63,560 nt of DNA, filler included, from Globobulimina sp. (GCA_003354225.1; 34 parts of 34 records of this genome joined end to end with filler, not necessarily neighbours in it), one strand, 5' to 3'. Numbered from the whole stretch's first letter, positions 1 to 12,310 are shown. Numbers and translations: made by a program. Notes: generated by a model from the letters alone, not told the origin.

Positions 1-1774
1 CATCGTTGTCCTCCTGTTCTTCATACGGCATAAAGACCACTCTGCGACAGCCCCGCACAAACTCATCCGGTGGACGATGGTACACAGACGATAACGAAGA
101 CAAGTTCTCCAACAACGTAGTCAAATAATCCTGCGGCAAACTGAACGTCTCGCTGGAAATCACGGGGCGTTCGGCCAACACCACCTTCCTTGCGGCAGTG
201 GGGTCAGTCGACAATAAGCGCCAATATACATAGCCTCGGTCGCGTAAATCTGGATTGTCAGACGACTCAGTGGCCAAATTCAGCACTTTCTGCACTAACG
301 CTTTGGCCTTATCCGGCTTCTTAAGGAATAGCTTTACGGTGGCGGTCAATAACTGCAACTGTACCATAGCCCCTTCCTCCTCAAAGGAGTCGATAAAATG
401 CTCCAATCGGTCGCCAGCGTCTACAATGCGCTCCGCGTATTCTCCAATGATCCAAATCATCGAAGCTTTGGCTTCCGGCTCGTTCAAACTCTCCAAATTG
501 TCACACAGAGTCACGATGATCTTCTCGTATTTGCGCGGATAGCGACGGAAGATATCTTTGATCACAATCACCGATTCCTGCACCACATAATTCACGCGCG
601 TCTTGACCAAATCAGACAAGACTTGCACACATTTCTCCGCCGCGCAGTCCAATTTGATGGCGACGCGCCCGATGGCACGGACCGCGCGACGAACAAAATC
701 AATGTCGACCTCTTGGGCGTACTCCTTGAACTCCATCAAAACTTGGTCGATATTCTTGCGCGAGGTCAACTTGATTAAAATTTGCAATTTCTGCATTTTG
801 ACGTAAACCGCATCGTTGAATTTGACGAAAAAGATTCGAATGTCGTTCTGTAAGATGCGGGGATATTTTTGTACGATTAAGTCGATATTCCGCAAGGCTA
901 CATATTGGATTTCCGGCGGAGAGGACAATAAAGTCACTAAGGGAGGGGCTAATTTCTTGCAATCTTTATCCACGTCGTCTTTTTTGGGCAAGATGTCTAG
1001 GAATTTGACCACGACTTGGACGGCGGCCATAACCACTGCGCTGTTGGCGTGCGCTAATTGGGGGACGACGCGGTCACAGATGTCGCGAGCTTGGTTGCCT
1101 TTGGCGTTGAATTTGGACAAAGCGTCCAATATAAAGACGCGGCCCCACTCCGTGCACTCGTTGAGCGCAGTTAACAGTTTGCTTAATGTGTTGTTATCGA
1201 TTTTGAAGTAATCGATGCCGGAGGCTTCACAGATTTCGGTTAAGGCCGCCACTGCATTCGCCACCACCATTGGGTTCACATCGGATAACATCTCACGGAG
1301 CAAATCGATAAAGCCACGTTCCTCTACCAATTCGTTGTTGATATCGTATAATTTTGCTACACAAATTGCTGCGGTTTTCCTCACTGTTATGTTAAAGAGG
1401 TGCGATATTGCGTGGATAGAATGGTTTATAGAGTGTAGTTTATACCGTAGGGGTCTTGATCTTTTAAGGCAATATTTAAGGGATCACATAAATATTCGGT
1501 GATTCTGTCGACCCGAATACAGCCCATGGTTCTGATGGCTAAGGCGCGAACCAATGGGTTTGGATGGTTGGTGGCGTCTTTTTGGAACATGTTGACGACT
1601 AAGATGGCCTTTTCTGGTTGGGATCGTGCATAATTTATGATATATAAATAGACCAATTTTTTTAATTCAATATTGTCTGTGCCCATTGATTTGATGACAT
1701 CTGAAAATAACATGGATACATCTTTACCAACGGTCATCGCGGCAATCACTTTTTTCACGGCTTCTTTGATTTTC
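1..1774 (-). CDS. AP-1/AP-2 complex beta subunit (beta-adaptin), internal fragment; exons 1774-1446 and 1383-1
   Basis: [31 protein letters not shown] and [18 protein letters not shown] in exon 1. A 62-nt GT-AG intron (1445-1384) restores DPY-VRKTAA. The frame continues through [19 protein letters not shown] to the contig end. Confidence 0.95.
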
Positions 1775-1874
1775 NNNNNNNNNNNNNNNNNNNNNNNNNN
1801 NNNNNNNNNNNNNNNNNNTTAATTAATTAANNNNNNNNNNNNNNNNNNNNNNNNNNNNNNNNNNNNNNNNNNNN
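1775..1874. other. Artificial contig spacer (first of 33)
   Basis: 44 N + TTAATTAATTAA + 44 N. Recurs every ~1,871-1,874 bp; the last copy is at 61690-61789. Confidence 0.99.
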
Positions 1875-2203
1875 TTATTATAATATTTTAAGGCAAAGGC
1901 TAATCGTTGTAAATGTTGGCAGTTATCGATAATATTCGTTGTTTTATGATTGCAATTCATCTCAGTTTGTTTGAATAAATTTAAATCAATTTCTTGATCA
2001 TTTGGCGTTGTATCTGTATCATGAATTGTCTTTGAGTCAACGGTCAGGGTTTTACGTTGTGGATTATGCGTTGTATCAATTGGTTTTGAGTGAACACAAC
2101 CGCTATGGTCTTGTATGTCTGCGGTAAGGGTTTTATATTTCTTATAATTTGTGTGATTTGCTGTTTCATCCTTTTCGGGTAATGTCTCATTAACACAACC
2201 CAT
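1875..2203 (-). CDS. Hypothetical protein, N-terminal fragment
   Basis: ATG-initiated ORF (MGCVNET...) open to the contig edge; no family recognised. Confidence 0.5.
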
Positions 2204-2384
2204 GTTTTCTTGTAAGTCAGTACAAGTTTTTTGTTGTCAGTTTCTATTAATATTGAATTTCTTTTTATAAATAATTCATGTGAATGGATCTAAGAGTTTG
2301 CTTTTCGGCAAAGCCCGTACTAAAATAGTAAAAAGGCGGTTGGTTCGGATCTGAGGACCTTTATGAATTAACAAATAATGTCAG

Positions 2385-3648
2385 TCACATTCTAGAACGC
2401 AAAAAAGCAAAATCATCGGTAGCATCATGTAGCCCCTTTTCTCTTTCATGATAGTCATATTTAAAGGATTCTCGATCCACAACATCAACATCCAACATAT
2501 TTGATAACCAATGTATCGCCAATTCACACGAGAATCTTGCCTGCGGCAATAAAAAAGTAGGACATTGAATATATGCATGACTGATCCCATCCCATTCCAA
2601 TAACTTAACATCCATTTTCTCATTTGCATATTTCAATATTTTGGCAAATCGCCTCGAATCATCAACCAACGGATCAACAGAACCAACATGAATCCGTGTG
2701 GTGGGGAATTGGCTCAAGACATGCAACGGTGCTCTGATTGGCGACAAATACATATCATTGACCGGATCGGCATTGGTGGGCATATATGCTTCGCCTAAAA
2801 GTAGCAAATATTGTATCGGTAACACTGCATCATTGTGATATACAATCCGCGATGTTAATGCATGCAAACTCCCCCCTCGATTCTGCTCAACATTATTAAT
2901 ATTATATGCTGTATACTCACCATTCCGTGTCACAGAGCTGGCGCTCGAATTTGCCAATTCCTTTCCAGCGCTCTTTAAAATCGCATCTATTTCCTCGCTC
3001 TCCACATAAGATCGCAATGGAGTCTCCTCCCTCGACTTCAATACATCTCCTTTGTCAATGTCGTGCAGCGCAGAATAAGCAGTTATTGCATTGGTAGAGT
3101 TTCTGCCAAAATCCACAACATCGTTCACGGGACGATACAAATTCATATTTAAATCCAACACAGGATACGCCATCAACAATCCATTGGGGACCTTTATTCC
3201 TTCCACGATAGCTCTGCAACAAACAGCTGCGACGAAATTGCCCCCCGCAGAGTCACCCGCCAATGCAATGGAAATGTCCGCATCGTTTAGGTTCATACCA
3301 AGTATTTTGCCGTTGCTTGCCACTATGCATTTGTATGTATAATACGCGTCATTAAAGCCGGCAGGATAGGGATGTTCTGGCGCTTTCCTATAATTTACAG
3401 AAATGCAGGGAATGCGCAAGTAATTGCACCATTTCTGAACATAGGACTCGTGGTGTAAGTGGTCCATAGCCACGAAGCCGCCGCCGGGATAGTTGACGAC
3501 TGCATGCCGAGAGAGCGCGAGTTCTCGCTCAGTTCCTTGGAAGTACAGGTACACCTCAATGGGACGTAAGTTTTCAGAGTTGTTTGCTATGTCAAGTAGT
3601 TTGAGTGGGTTTATTATAATTTTGCGACGATGAATTTGGATCGGAAAC
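2385..3648 (-). CDS. Hormone-sensitive lipase-like alpha/beta hydrolase (GDXG family), 5'-partial
   Basis: YPGGGF oxyanion region, VNYRKAPEHPYP, GDSAGGN nucleophile elbow, DPLVDD acid and GISHAY His. The frame is open from the contig edge. Confidence 0.9.
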
Positions 3649-3748
3649 NNNNNNNNNNNNNNNNNNNNNNNNNNNNNNNNNNNNNNNNNNNNTTAATTAA
3701 TTAANNNNNNNNNNNNNNNNNNNNNNNNNNNNNNNNNNNNNNNNNNNN

Positions 3749-5435
3749 ATTCTTTCAATTTGTTATTCTCAAAATTAATTTTTTGTAATTGTAATACCAC
3801 ATCAAATGTTTTAGAATCAATTTGTTGAATTTCATTATCACTCATATCTAGATGTTTCAAATTATATAATCCTTTAAATAATGACTCATTCAACCCTGTA
3901 AATTTATTATTTTTTAATGATAATCTCCGAACAGATGGAAACATATTGAATATACTCTCATTTATGGACGGTAATTGATTCTCCTCTATTATTAATTCAG
4001 TAAATTTTTCACAGTGAGCTAAGCCTTTAAAAGTAATATATTTCCAATCACTAAAATAATAATGTTGCAATTGTGCAGATGGTAATAATCTTAGTATATT
4101 ATCACTTCCTTTGGTCACTAAATCCCATTCCCAATGTTTACAATTTATGGCTCCATCTCGCGGACATGAAATGGTATTAATTATTATCGGTTTGTTCTCA
4201 TTCACCATTCTTGAATCATTCAAAACTAAATATAATTCTAATTGTTTTATTGTATTATCCAATATCTCCAGTCGAACATCATATTCTTTGTGCGTCTCTT
4301 CACGTAAACCTTGTTTATGATGTCGCCCTTCAAAGGAAAGGATATGAATCACTTTATGTGCATCTTCAAAAAAGGTGCCACTTCCATCTGCTACTTTGAA
4401 TATATATTCAGCAAAATCTTGTTTTAACAATTCAAATTCCGATACAATTGCACATACAATAACCTCTTGATGCAGTGCAACTCCTTCATTTCCACTCAAA
4501 TCACCTCTACAGCTTACATTTAATTCATTTGTTGCTGGCGATACATGAGCCATATGGATTAATACTGCATCATCCGCAAATAAAGCACCGCCACTCTGCA
4601 AATGCCCTCGAATTTCTAACTCGACATCAAGTGCTGGTGTAATTAATGTTACTTCAAATTCTTGACCGCAACCAGCTGCAGAAACGTTACCTATAGTTTT
4701 TAATTCAGACATACCGCTATGTGATACCTGTGGTGTCACAGAAATAACAGGATAGGCGAAATCGTGCACTCTTGCATAAATACCTTCAATTGTACTTATT
4801 CTACAAATTAATAATTCTTGGCGAGATATAATAGTTCCATTTGTTCGTGGATTATAACAATTTATGTGCACTTGATGTTCATTTAACATTTTAATTGTAA
4901 CCAATGGTGATGTATTTGGTACAGTAATTATATCTTTATCATTTTTACCTTTTATTCGAATTTGAAATAGCAATGTTTTTGGCTCACATTTTGCTGTGTA
5001 TTCAAATTTAAATATTGTAGATTCATCTGTTCCCATAATTTGTATGTCATTATGTACTAAACCATTAATCACCACACTGCCTGGTTCATAAAATATATTT
5101 AATGAGGCTGGAATTTGAGTAGATATGGTGCATACAATTATTTCTTTATAATTTGCATAATATGAATGGCCAATTAATCCAACACAATCAATCGAAATAT
5201 CATTTGGTGCCACTTCAATCACATTGAGGGTGTCTTCAGCCACAATATGAACATTGTCTGCGATATCTCTGTATGTTAAACATTGTACAGTATAAATACC
5301 GATATCTTCAGGTGCTATGAATGAAAATTCAAAATAGACTCCACCATCAATGCCGATAAAAGGTTGCTTATTTATTTCTTCTATTTCAGATAATTTATAT
5401 GGCGGATCTACAAAATCCGATAGCTTCGCACTGCG
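3749..5435 (-). CDS. Large extracellular-type protein with beta-rich region followed by leucine-rich repeats, partial
   Basis: Frame is open well upstream of the 5243 ORF start, back to a probable acceptor near 5436 (intron to about 5516). C-terminal part has LRRs: LSLKNNKFTGL, LDMSDNEIQQI, INFENNKL. Confidence 0.75.
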
Positions 5436-5734
5436 CTGTAGATATTTTATAAAAATAAAAAAGTGAATATATATTTTTATTTCATACTGAAGTGATAATT
5501 TTGCATGATATTTTACCTCTTTNNNNNNNNNNNNNNNNNNNNNNNNNNNNNNNNNNNNNNNNNNNNTTAATTAATTAANNNNNNNNNNNNNNNNNNNNNN
5601 NNNNNNNNNNNNNNNNNNNNNNTTCACATAATTACAATGACATCGATACCATTGCTGCAATAATTAAATCTGAGTTAAATTCAAGTTGCGACACAACAGC
5701 AACAAGTACATCGACAATAAAGCAACAACAAAAT

Positions 5735-6323
5735 ATGAAACAATCCGTTATCGTACCAACAACTACAAAAGCAACAAAGACAAACAATAATCAAATGAAA
5801 TGGCCGTGCACCCATTGCAACGCTGAATTTTTAACAAGTGACCAATTAATCGAACATTTGGGAATGCATTCTATCGGAAATATAAATGTTGACAATGTTC
5901 AAAATATTCATGCATGCCATGAATGCGGCAAAATATTGAAAAGCAAAAATAACTTAAAAAGGTATCTTGTATTACATGTGATGTCAGGCAGTATTCTTGT
6001 TGTTAGCTCATGAAAACACAAATTATATTAACAGGCACATGCGGACCCATACCGGCGACAGGCCCTATTCCTGCGATATTTGCGGGAAAGCTTTTGCGCA
6101 AAGTGGCACATTGACCGTCCACAAAAGATCGCATACCGGAGAAAAGCCGTACAAATGCCAACAATGTCAAAGATGTTTTGCAACATTTAATACCTTAAAG
6201 AATCATCTCAGAATTCATACGGGCGAAAAGCCATTTAAATGTCAATTCTGTTTCAAGACTTTTACGCAGTTAGGATCATTAAACACGCACATTCGCTGTT
6301 ATTGTAAAGCAAAACATGACTAA
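5735..6323 (+). CDS. C2H2 zinc-finger protein; exons to 5961 and 6035-6323; may extend further 5'
   Basis: CxxC...HxxxH fingers with TGDRPY/TGEKPY/TGEKPF linkers. A 73-nt GT-AG intron (5962-6034) restores NNLKR-HMRTH. Confidence 0.92.
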
Positions 6324-6574
6324 ATTGTTTATTTATTATAATAAAATATTACAACTACAAATAATTGGTTGTTTTTTATGAATTTGTAATAAAACTGCAT
6401 GCCTGCATAATGTGGTGACAATCAACGTTATAAATTTAATAATGTGGGAATGCTCACAAAACATTTGAACAAACCAAAGCAACATTGCACGATCATTGAA
6501 CGCATAGCTTTGATTAACCACACATTTCATAACATAAAAGTCTGAACAGCCAACTAAAAAACCGCAAGTGCAAC

Positions 6575-7345
6575 ATGGCTGAAACAGAAACAACAGCAAC
6601 ACCACCTTCGCAACAAATTAAATCCAAGCTACCATCCACATACATCCACTACAATAAATTCCGACGTAAAAAAGAGTACACTCGCTGGCAAATAATTTCT
6701 GGAGTTTTCAAGGATTTGGTGAGCGAGGTGACAAATAAGGTAACAGATCGAGAACAGCAAAAATTAAAATTAAAAATAGTGGGTGCATTTGTTTGTTGCG
6801 GAGTGCTGGGAGGTCACACATACAGTGCTTACAGAGGTTTTACGCGATTCCAATTATATTCAAAAAATCTATTGGTCGGTGCTGGACTGGGACCATTATG
6901 CGCATTCCCAGTCATATCGTTTTTGAATATTAAAGATAAACAATTCCCTAATTCATATATGATTATTCGCGGCGGTATGTTTGGTTCAGTTTGTGGTTTG
7001 ATTCATCGCGGTTCGTATAAATATATGTTGCCATATGGCATTATCGGAATGTTAATCCACGGATTTATATTAACGATATGGCATCAGTTAATTAAGCCAG
7101 CTTATTATTATCATATACTGTGTTGGCCTGATTATATTCCGCCAAAATGGTGGCCATCGCAACCAATGTGCGGAATGGAGGTCTATGTGAATGCATTGCA
7201 GGATGAAAGATTAAATGTGACCTATCCGGAGGACTTGGAATACTTTAAAAAATTGGATAAAGTCAAAGAGGAAAAGTTACAGAAACGGAAACAAGATGAA
7301 TTCGAACAGGAATTTGTTTATCACTCTGAAATTCACAGTCCTTAA
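6575..7345 (+). CDS. Multi-pass membrane protein, possibly Tim17/Tim22/Tim23-like
   Basis: 256-aa ORF with about four Gly-rich hydrophobic segments (CGVLGG, GAGLGP, GGMFGSVCG, YGIIG). Family assignment is tentative. Confidence 0.5.
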   Translation: MAETETTATPPSQQIKSKLPSTYIHYNKFRRKKEYTRWQIISGVFKDLVSEVTNKVTDREQQKLKLKIVGAFVCCGVLGGHTYSAYRGFTRFQLYSKNLLVGAGLGPLCAFPVISFLNIKDKQFPNSYMIIRGGMFGSVCGLIHRGSYKYMLPYGIIGMLIHGFILTIWHQLIKPAYYYHILCWPDYIPPKWWPSQPMCGMEVYVNALQDERLNVTYPEDLEYFKKLDKVKEEKLQKRKQDEFEQEFVYHSEIHSP

Positions 7346-7550
7346 ACAACCGGATGATGACGGGTTTGTGTTCGATGATCATGAGCGTCGCAGATNNNNN
7401 NNNNNNNNNNNNNNNNNNNNNNNNNNNNNNNNNNNNNNNTTAATTAATTAANNNNNNNNNNNNNNNNNNNNNNNNNNNNNNNNNNNNNNNNNNNNATGTA
7501 ATACACAAACAATTTATATTTCAGACTCCGTCAAGGCACACAGTCTCGGT

Positions 7551-9224
7551 TTGTCCTATCATTTATTCTCCAAAAACAACTGCAAAGCTTATGGTTATAT
7601 GTTAAATAATGGCTCCTTTAAATTGGAATTAAATGATATACCATGGCTATGGCCAAGATATTTTAGCAAAACTAACGGCATATTACAGACATTAAATGCC
7701 GAAAATATAAATGCCTTAAACGCCACCAAACCATTACCAAATATCCAGTTTCAACAATTCTGGGCGCAGTCCCATGACGCAACGAATTTTGTGTTCCCTT
7801 CAAATAACATTACCAGCAACGGCAAGAAGAATATATTATCATTCCAATCGAAACGGGAAATAATTAAAGTATTCACAGTCAGATTTAATGCAGACATCGC
7901 CAGTAAAATCCTAACAACACTGCTTAATTTGCTTGCTGATGACACGTATTCTGACACAAAATCAATAGTGAACGATTTAAATTGTCCACCAAGCAAGATT
8001 TTGAACAAATTGTTGCCGCGAATTAACCATTTATTGCCGGGGAATGATTTGGATAAACAGGAATCCCGTTGTTTTATTACCAGGCAATTAAGGCAACTCA
8101 TTGTGAACAACGGGCGAACATTCGATATAAAACAGTTCAAATTCGATAAAAGCAGTTATGAAAAATACTGCGAACCAGCAACAGCGTTACAGCATGCATT
8201 GCAATGTGAATATGCCGATATTAATAACAATAACATGCAATACAACAACGATAAGTGTGGGGATATCTCATTGAACACTACCAAAGCTATGCAGCTGTGT
8301 AACAATTATCCGATTAGGTCGTGGTTATTGGACTTATATTCCATGGAAAGAGCTGCAAAGTTTGACGGAAACAATGCTTCCGAATATAACTTGAATCACT
8401 GGATCGCAGACAATAATTATTGCAAATGGATCGATAAGAGATTCCCCAAAGCAATGACCCTTTTGAAAACGTCATTAGATGTGATAATAAAACGAATTTT
8501 CCCGCAACTTAAGCTTCGTTATCCAACAATGTATCCACTGGATGATGTATTGGATGATTCCGCCATATATTCATTAGCTTTTTATGTGTTGGTATACCGA
8601 ATCAAGGGAAAAATCAATGATAAAACATTTGAGTGTGCTCCGTTACAAATTGATGTCATCATAATATGTTCCGGCAAGAATAGTGCACCAAATGTGAAGC
8701 GGGTCAACGACGACCAATTCCCGATCGATAATGACGAGGATGAAACGTATTCGTTTGGTACTGATGGTTCTGGGTCGAGCGGTTTGATTGATGCGATATT
8801 ACGCGGTCTGTATATGAATAAAGATTATTTTGAGTGTACGCAGGAAAAGGAATTGATTTTCAACAAATTGGTGGATAAATTGTATAAAATGTGGGTCAAT
8901 CATGGCCAGACCGGTCAACGTAGGAAGAAGTATATATTTGTGGTGGATCGACAGCGGAACAAATGGAATGATACCATTTATTTTGTGATCCAACAGGATT
9001 GTCTGCCGGTGGAATGGTACGAGTTGCAAGAAATATGTCTGACGTCTTGCGGTAAATATTTAATATCGACTGGACAAAATACGTTTGGTTTCTCATATCA
9101 TTTATTGCAGTCAAATAAGCACATTCCTGAATTAGCATCAACTTTTGGAGTCCATAATTTTTCTAATCCATTTTCATTAATAGCTGGTTGGATAAATCCA
9201 GTAGGACATGATTGTATGCATTGA
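7551..9224 (+). CDS. Hypothetical protein, probably 5'-partial
   Basis: 557-codon uninterrupted ORF in AT-rich DNA; no family recognised. Confidence 0.7.
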   Translation: MSYHLFSKNNCKAYGYMLNNGSFKLELNDIPWLWPRYFSKTNGILQTLNAENINALNATKPLPNIQFQQFWAQSHDATNFVFPSNNITSNGKKNILSFQSKREIIKVFTVRFNADIASKILTTLLNLLADDTYSDTKSIVNDLNCPPSKILNKLLPRINHLLPGNDLDKQESRCFITRQLRQLIVNNGRTFDIKQFKFDKSSYEKYCEPATALQHALQCEYADINNNNMQYNNDKCGDISLNTTKAMQLCNNYPIRSWLLDLYSMERAAKFDGNNASEYNLNHWIADNNYCKWIDKRFPKAMTLLKTSLDVIIKRIFPQLKLRYPTMYPLDDVLDDSAIYSLAFYVLVYRIKGKINDKTFECAPLQIDVIIICSGKNSAPNVKRVNDDQFPIDNDEDETYSFGTDGSGSSGLIDAILRGLYMNKDYFECTQEKELIFNKLVDKLYKMWVNHGQTGQRRKKYIFVVDRQRNKWNDTIYFVIQQDCLPVEWYELQEICLTSCGKYLISTGQNTFGFSYHLLQSNKHIPELASTFGVHNFSNPFSLIAGWINPVGHDCMH

Positions 9225-9463
9225 CCACATCGTATGCATTTTTCTAGAAATAATTCTTCTTTAATTGANNNNNNNNNNNNNNNNNNNNNNNNNNNNNNNN
9301 NNNNNNNNNNNNTTAATTAATTAANNNNNNNNNNNNNNNNNNNNNNNNNNNNNNNNNNNNNNNNNNNNGAAAGCAAAATGTTATGTTTCTAAATGACAAA
9401 AGTTTTTTTTTCTTCAATTATCAAAGCGTTCATTGAAGAAATGAACTAAAAGCAAAAACCCTA

Positions 9464-10909
9464 ATGGAAAGCAGTGGGCCATCAACGAGCTACATAACAT
9501 GGATAATAAAGAAGGGAGGATTCAGAAAATTTCATAATGCGAAGATTGGAGAATTTATTGTGAGTCAAGAAGTAAAAAAAGAAAATATGATATTTTATTT
9601 GAAATGTTTCCCGAATGGTTCAAAGCATAAATGTGCCGGCTGGGTAGGTTTATCATTGACATTAAAGAAAAGCTCGGTGCCGCCACATTCAAACCTATTG
9701 GTCCGATACTATTTGTATGAATCACAAACCTCATCAGTCGCGCGAGGCATTGCGCGGTACAGCACCAATGACGATTTCTTGTACATGACCGAAATGCACA
9801 AAAACGAGTCAGATAAATCGCCAAAAACACGAAAAAGGAAAAACAGTTTTATTGATACAATGGATGCGTCATTTACCAGCGATAAGAAAGGTGGATTTGC
9901 AAAAGCAAATGGAACCAATTATTTATGTCGCACAGATTCATTGAAAAATTACGACATCGTATCCTTGGTTTGCGAGTTCGACATTGTGCGAATGTATACA
10001 CTCGGCCAATTAGTCAGTGGTTCAACATTGAAATTGAATAAAATCATACAATATAAATGGAAGTTAACCAAGAAGAATTTAGAAAAATTCAAATTGTGTA
10101 ATAATCCCTATACGCGTTTATATTCTGAGGAGTTTAATATTTATAACTTAGTCTTAGTGCCCTCAGCCACGACCTTTACATCCAAAGGCAATATATCACT
10201 GCGACTGCGTTTGCATGAACTCCCACCAATTATTAAATCAATAACGCTCATTGTTGTGCTGTCTTGTAAACAGTTTGAGAGACAATGGACAAATATAACG
10301 AGGTTATCCTATGAGCAATCATGGATTTCATGGCCCTCAAATACATTAAAAAAATCAACTGTTGAGGAGAAAATAAGTGAATATAATGATTGCATTACGT
10401 TTGAATGTTATGTAGAGATATTAAATATTGATATGCATAATTTGATTATCAATGACACTGATTCCAAATATAAAGATGTATGGAACAAGTTTGTGATTGA
10501 TAATTCGAATGCATTTATGGATGAAAAAAGAGATGATTTTGCCACAGATAGAATAAGCAGTGATGATGCGGATGATATTGATATGAAGAATGATGTGTAT
10601 GTTATATCGGAAGAGGATGAAACTGAAAGTACAAATAAAGAGCTTGAGGACGAGTATACAAGCTCTAAAAAGGAAGAATTAATCAGAATTCATATTTTAA
10701 AAGCACTGGATTTGAATGATCAACGACAAAAAGAGTATTTAATGCGAAAAATCCATAATTTAAATGAAAATTGCCGCATTTTGAGAAAAAGAAATCATAG
10801 AAATGAAAACGTATTACGCCAATTACAATCCACAATAAAATCGATGCAAGCCAATATGGTATGTATATGCCAAAAACAAATGTTTTTTTGCGCAAAATGT
10901 GTTTTTTAA
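9464..10909 (+). CDS. Tandem MATH/TRAF-like domain protein with C-terminal coiled coil
   Basis: YITWII...FYLKCFPNG...WVGLSL...LVCEFDI and a second unit QYKWKL...LYSEEF...ISLRLRL...ITFECYVEIL, then an acidic linker and a helical tail. Confidence 0.75.
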   Translation: MESSGPSTSYITWIIKKGGFRKFHNAKIGEFIVSQEVKKENMIFYLKCFPNGSKHKCAGWVGLSLTLKKSSVPPHSNLLVRYYLYESQTSSVARGIARYSTNDDFLYMTEMHKNESDKSPKTRKRKNSFIDTMDASFTSDKKGGFAKANGTNYLCRTDSLKNYDIVSLVCEFDIVRMYTLGQLVSGSTLKLNKIIQYKWKLTKKNLEKFKLCNNPYTRLYSEEFNIYNLVLVPSATTFTSKGNISLRLRLHELPPIIKSITLIVVLSCKQFERQWTNITRLSYEQSWISWPSNTLKKSTVEEKISEYNDCITFECYVEILNIDMHNLIINDTDSKYKDVWNKFVIDNSNAFMDEKRDDFATDRISSDDADDIDMKNDVYVISEEDETESTNKELEDEYTSSKKEELIRIHILKALDLNDQRQKEYLMRKIHNLNENCRILRKRNHRNENVLRQLQSTIKSMQANMVCICQKQMFFCAKCVF

Positions 10910-10956
10910 TTTTCAAACAGTTTTCGTGTCTTAATTTACAGTTAAACTCTGTAACA

Positions 10957-11141
10957 ATGGGCAACTCACAGCAGACTGATGAGGGTGATGAGAAAAATGC
11001 ACATAAAGTGTTAGTAATCCGTACCAAAGATAGTAGTGGTTATTTATTAATTGGTGCTAATAAACAAGGCGGCTATTATCATTCGAAAAAATATGTAACA
11101 TTTTCTCACGCAGAAAAGGAAAATATTACAGTTGCATTGTC
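10957..11141 (+). CDS. Hypothetical protein N-terminus with possible myristoylation signal
   Basis: MGNSQQTDEG..., open to the contig edge; starts 47 nt after the upstream stop. Confidence 0.45.
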
Positions 11142-11264
11142 NNNNNNNNNNNNNNNNNNNNNNNNNNNNNNNNNNNNNNNNNNNNTTAATTAATTAANNN
11201 NNNNNNNNNNNNNNNNNNNNNNNNNNNNNNNNNNNNNNNNNAAACAAGAAACAACATTGAATAA

Positions 11265-11309
11265 TAATTGGTCATTAGACATTGTTCATTAATGTCTAAT
11301 GACCAATTA
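11265..11309 (-). terminator. Intrinsic terminator-like hairpin
   Basis: Perfect 19-bp stem TAATTGGTCATTAGACATT / AATGTCTAATGACCAATTA with a 7-nt loop, about 50 nt downstream of the 11358 stop and followed by T-rich sequence on the minus strand. Confidence 0.7.
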
Positions 11310-11357
11310 ACTAATTACTTCAGAAACTCTGAAGTACATTTGCTTTCTAACACTATT

Positions 11358-12032
11358 TTAATACTCGATTTCATTATTCAGACCTTGTGCAAAATCAATG
11401 ATCATTTTCATGTCACGCTCTCCAATAAATGCATTGTAAATATTTTTTTCCTTATTAAGTTGTTTTACAGTCTCATATAGTTCTTTGTAATCAGCATTTG
11501 CAACTTTTTCTGCTGTATCATAACCAGATTCTAATAATACATATGCAAATGTATGATTCACCCATCTAATTCTAGAAAGGTCGGTTAATTTAGTAAGTTT
11601 GATTATTTCGTTCTCACTAATTCCACTTTTTTCTGAGAGTTCTTTCCTTTTTTCATTAGTCAGAATCTCGTTATACAATTTTAACGTGTTTTTGATTTTT
11701 ACTTTTTCAAGATTAAGCACTACATCGTTACTAACACCTGCAAAATCCTTTATCCTATTTGGTTTTTGTCTATAACCGCTTACTACTCTTTTAAGAACGG
11801 ATAGATAATTCTCAGACAAACCACTTTGTTTTGAAAATTCATCAATTTTGATTCTGTCCTTTAAGGCTAATAACAATTCGTCAAGATGCTTAATACCCAG
11901 TTTTTCAATAATGGTAAGATTTTCATCTATATCTTCTTCTAAAATCTTCCAGCTTGGAATCAATTCAGTAGTTTTTAAAATAGTTTTGTATTCATCAATA
12001 CTTATCGTTCCTAAATCAATATAATATCCCAT
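11358..12032 (-). CDS. Bacterial-type DUF4332-like (helix-hairpin-helix repeat) protein
   Basis: Intronless 224 aa. ELSEKSGISENEIIKLTKLTDLSRIRWVNHTFAYVLLESGYDT matches the DUF4332 pattern. AAGGA Shine-Dalgarno-like site lies about 9 nt upstream of the ATG. Confidence 0.75.
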   Translation of the reverse strand: MGYYIDLGTISIDEYKTILKTTELIPSWKILEEDIDENLTIIEKLGIKHLDELLLALKDRIKIDEFSKQSGLSENYLSVLKRVVSGYRQKPNRIKDFAGVSNDVVLNLEKVKIKNTLKLYNEILTNEKRKELSEKSGISENEIIKLTKLTDLSRIRWVNHTFAYVLLESGYDTAEKVANADYKELYETVKQLNKEKNIYNAFIGERDMKMIIDFAQGLNNEIEY

Positions 12033-12202
12033 TTTATTTTTCCTTAAGTGATGCTAAATGATTCATTCCACTTAAATGCAGAACATTTATATAAACTATG
12101 CCTACTTGAGCAGTGCAAATGGTATCTAGCTTCAAAGATAATTAGAAAAACAAATAATGAAGGATTATACAGGGCAATCGGGTTTAAAAAATAATTGCAA
12201 CT

Positions 12203-12235
12203 AAACATCGGATATTTTAAAAATATCCGATGTTT
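12203..12235. terminator. Near-perfect palindrome/hairpin upstream of the DUF4332-like gene
   Basis: AAACATCGGATATTTT-A-AAAATATCCGATGTTT (16-bp arms). Could be a terminator or an operator. Confidence 0.55.
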
Positions 12236-12310
12236 CTCTATCTGAATGAATGATAAATGTAAAGTTTATTCAACAATAAAGCTATTACAGGTATTGATTC
12301 AACTCTGCAA

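Noticed and set aside
255-1502. Plus-strand ORFs in the first contig
   Set aside because: Antisense shadows of the beta-adaptin gene.
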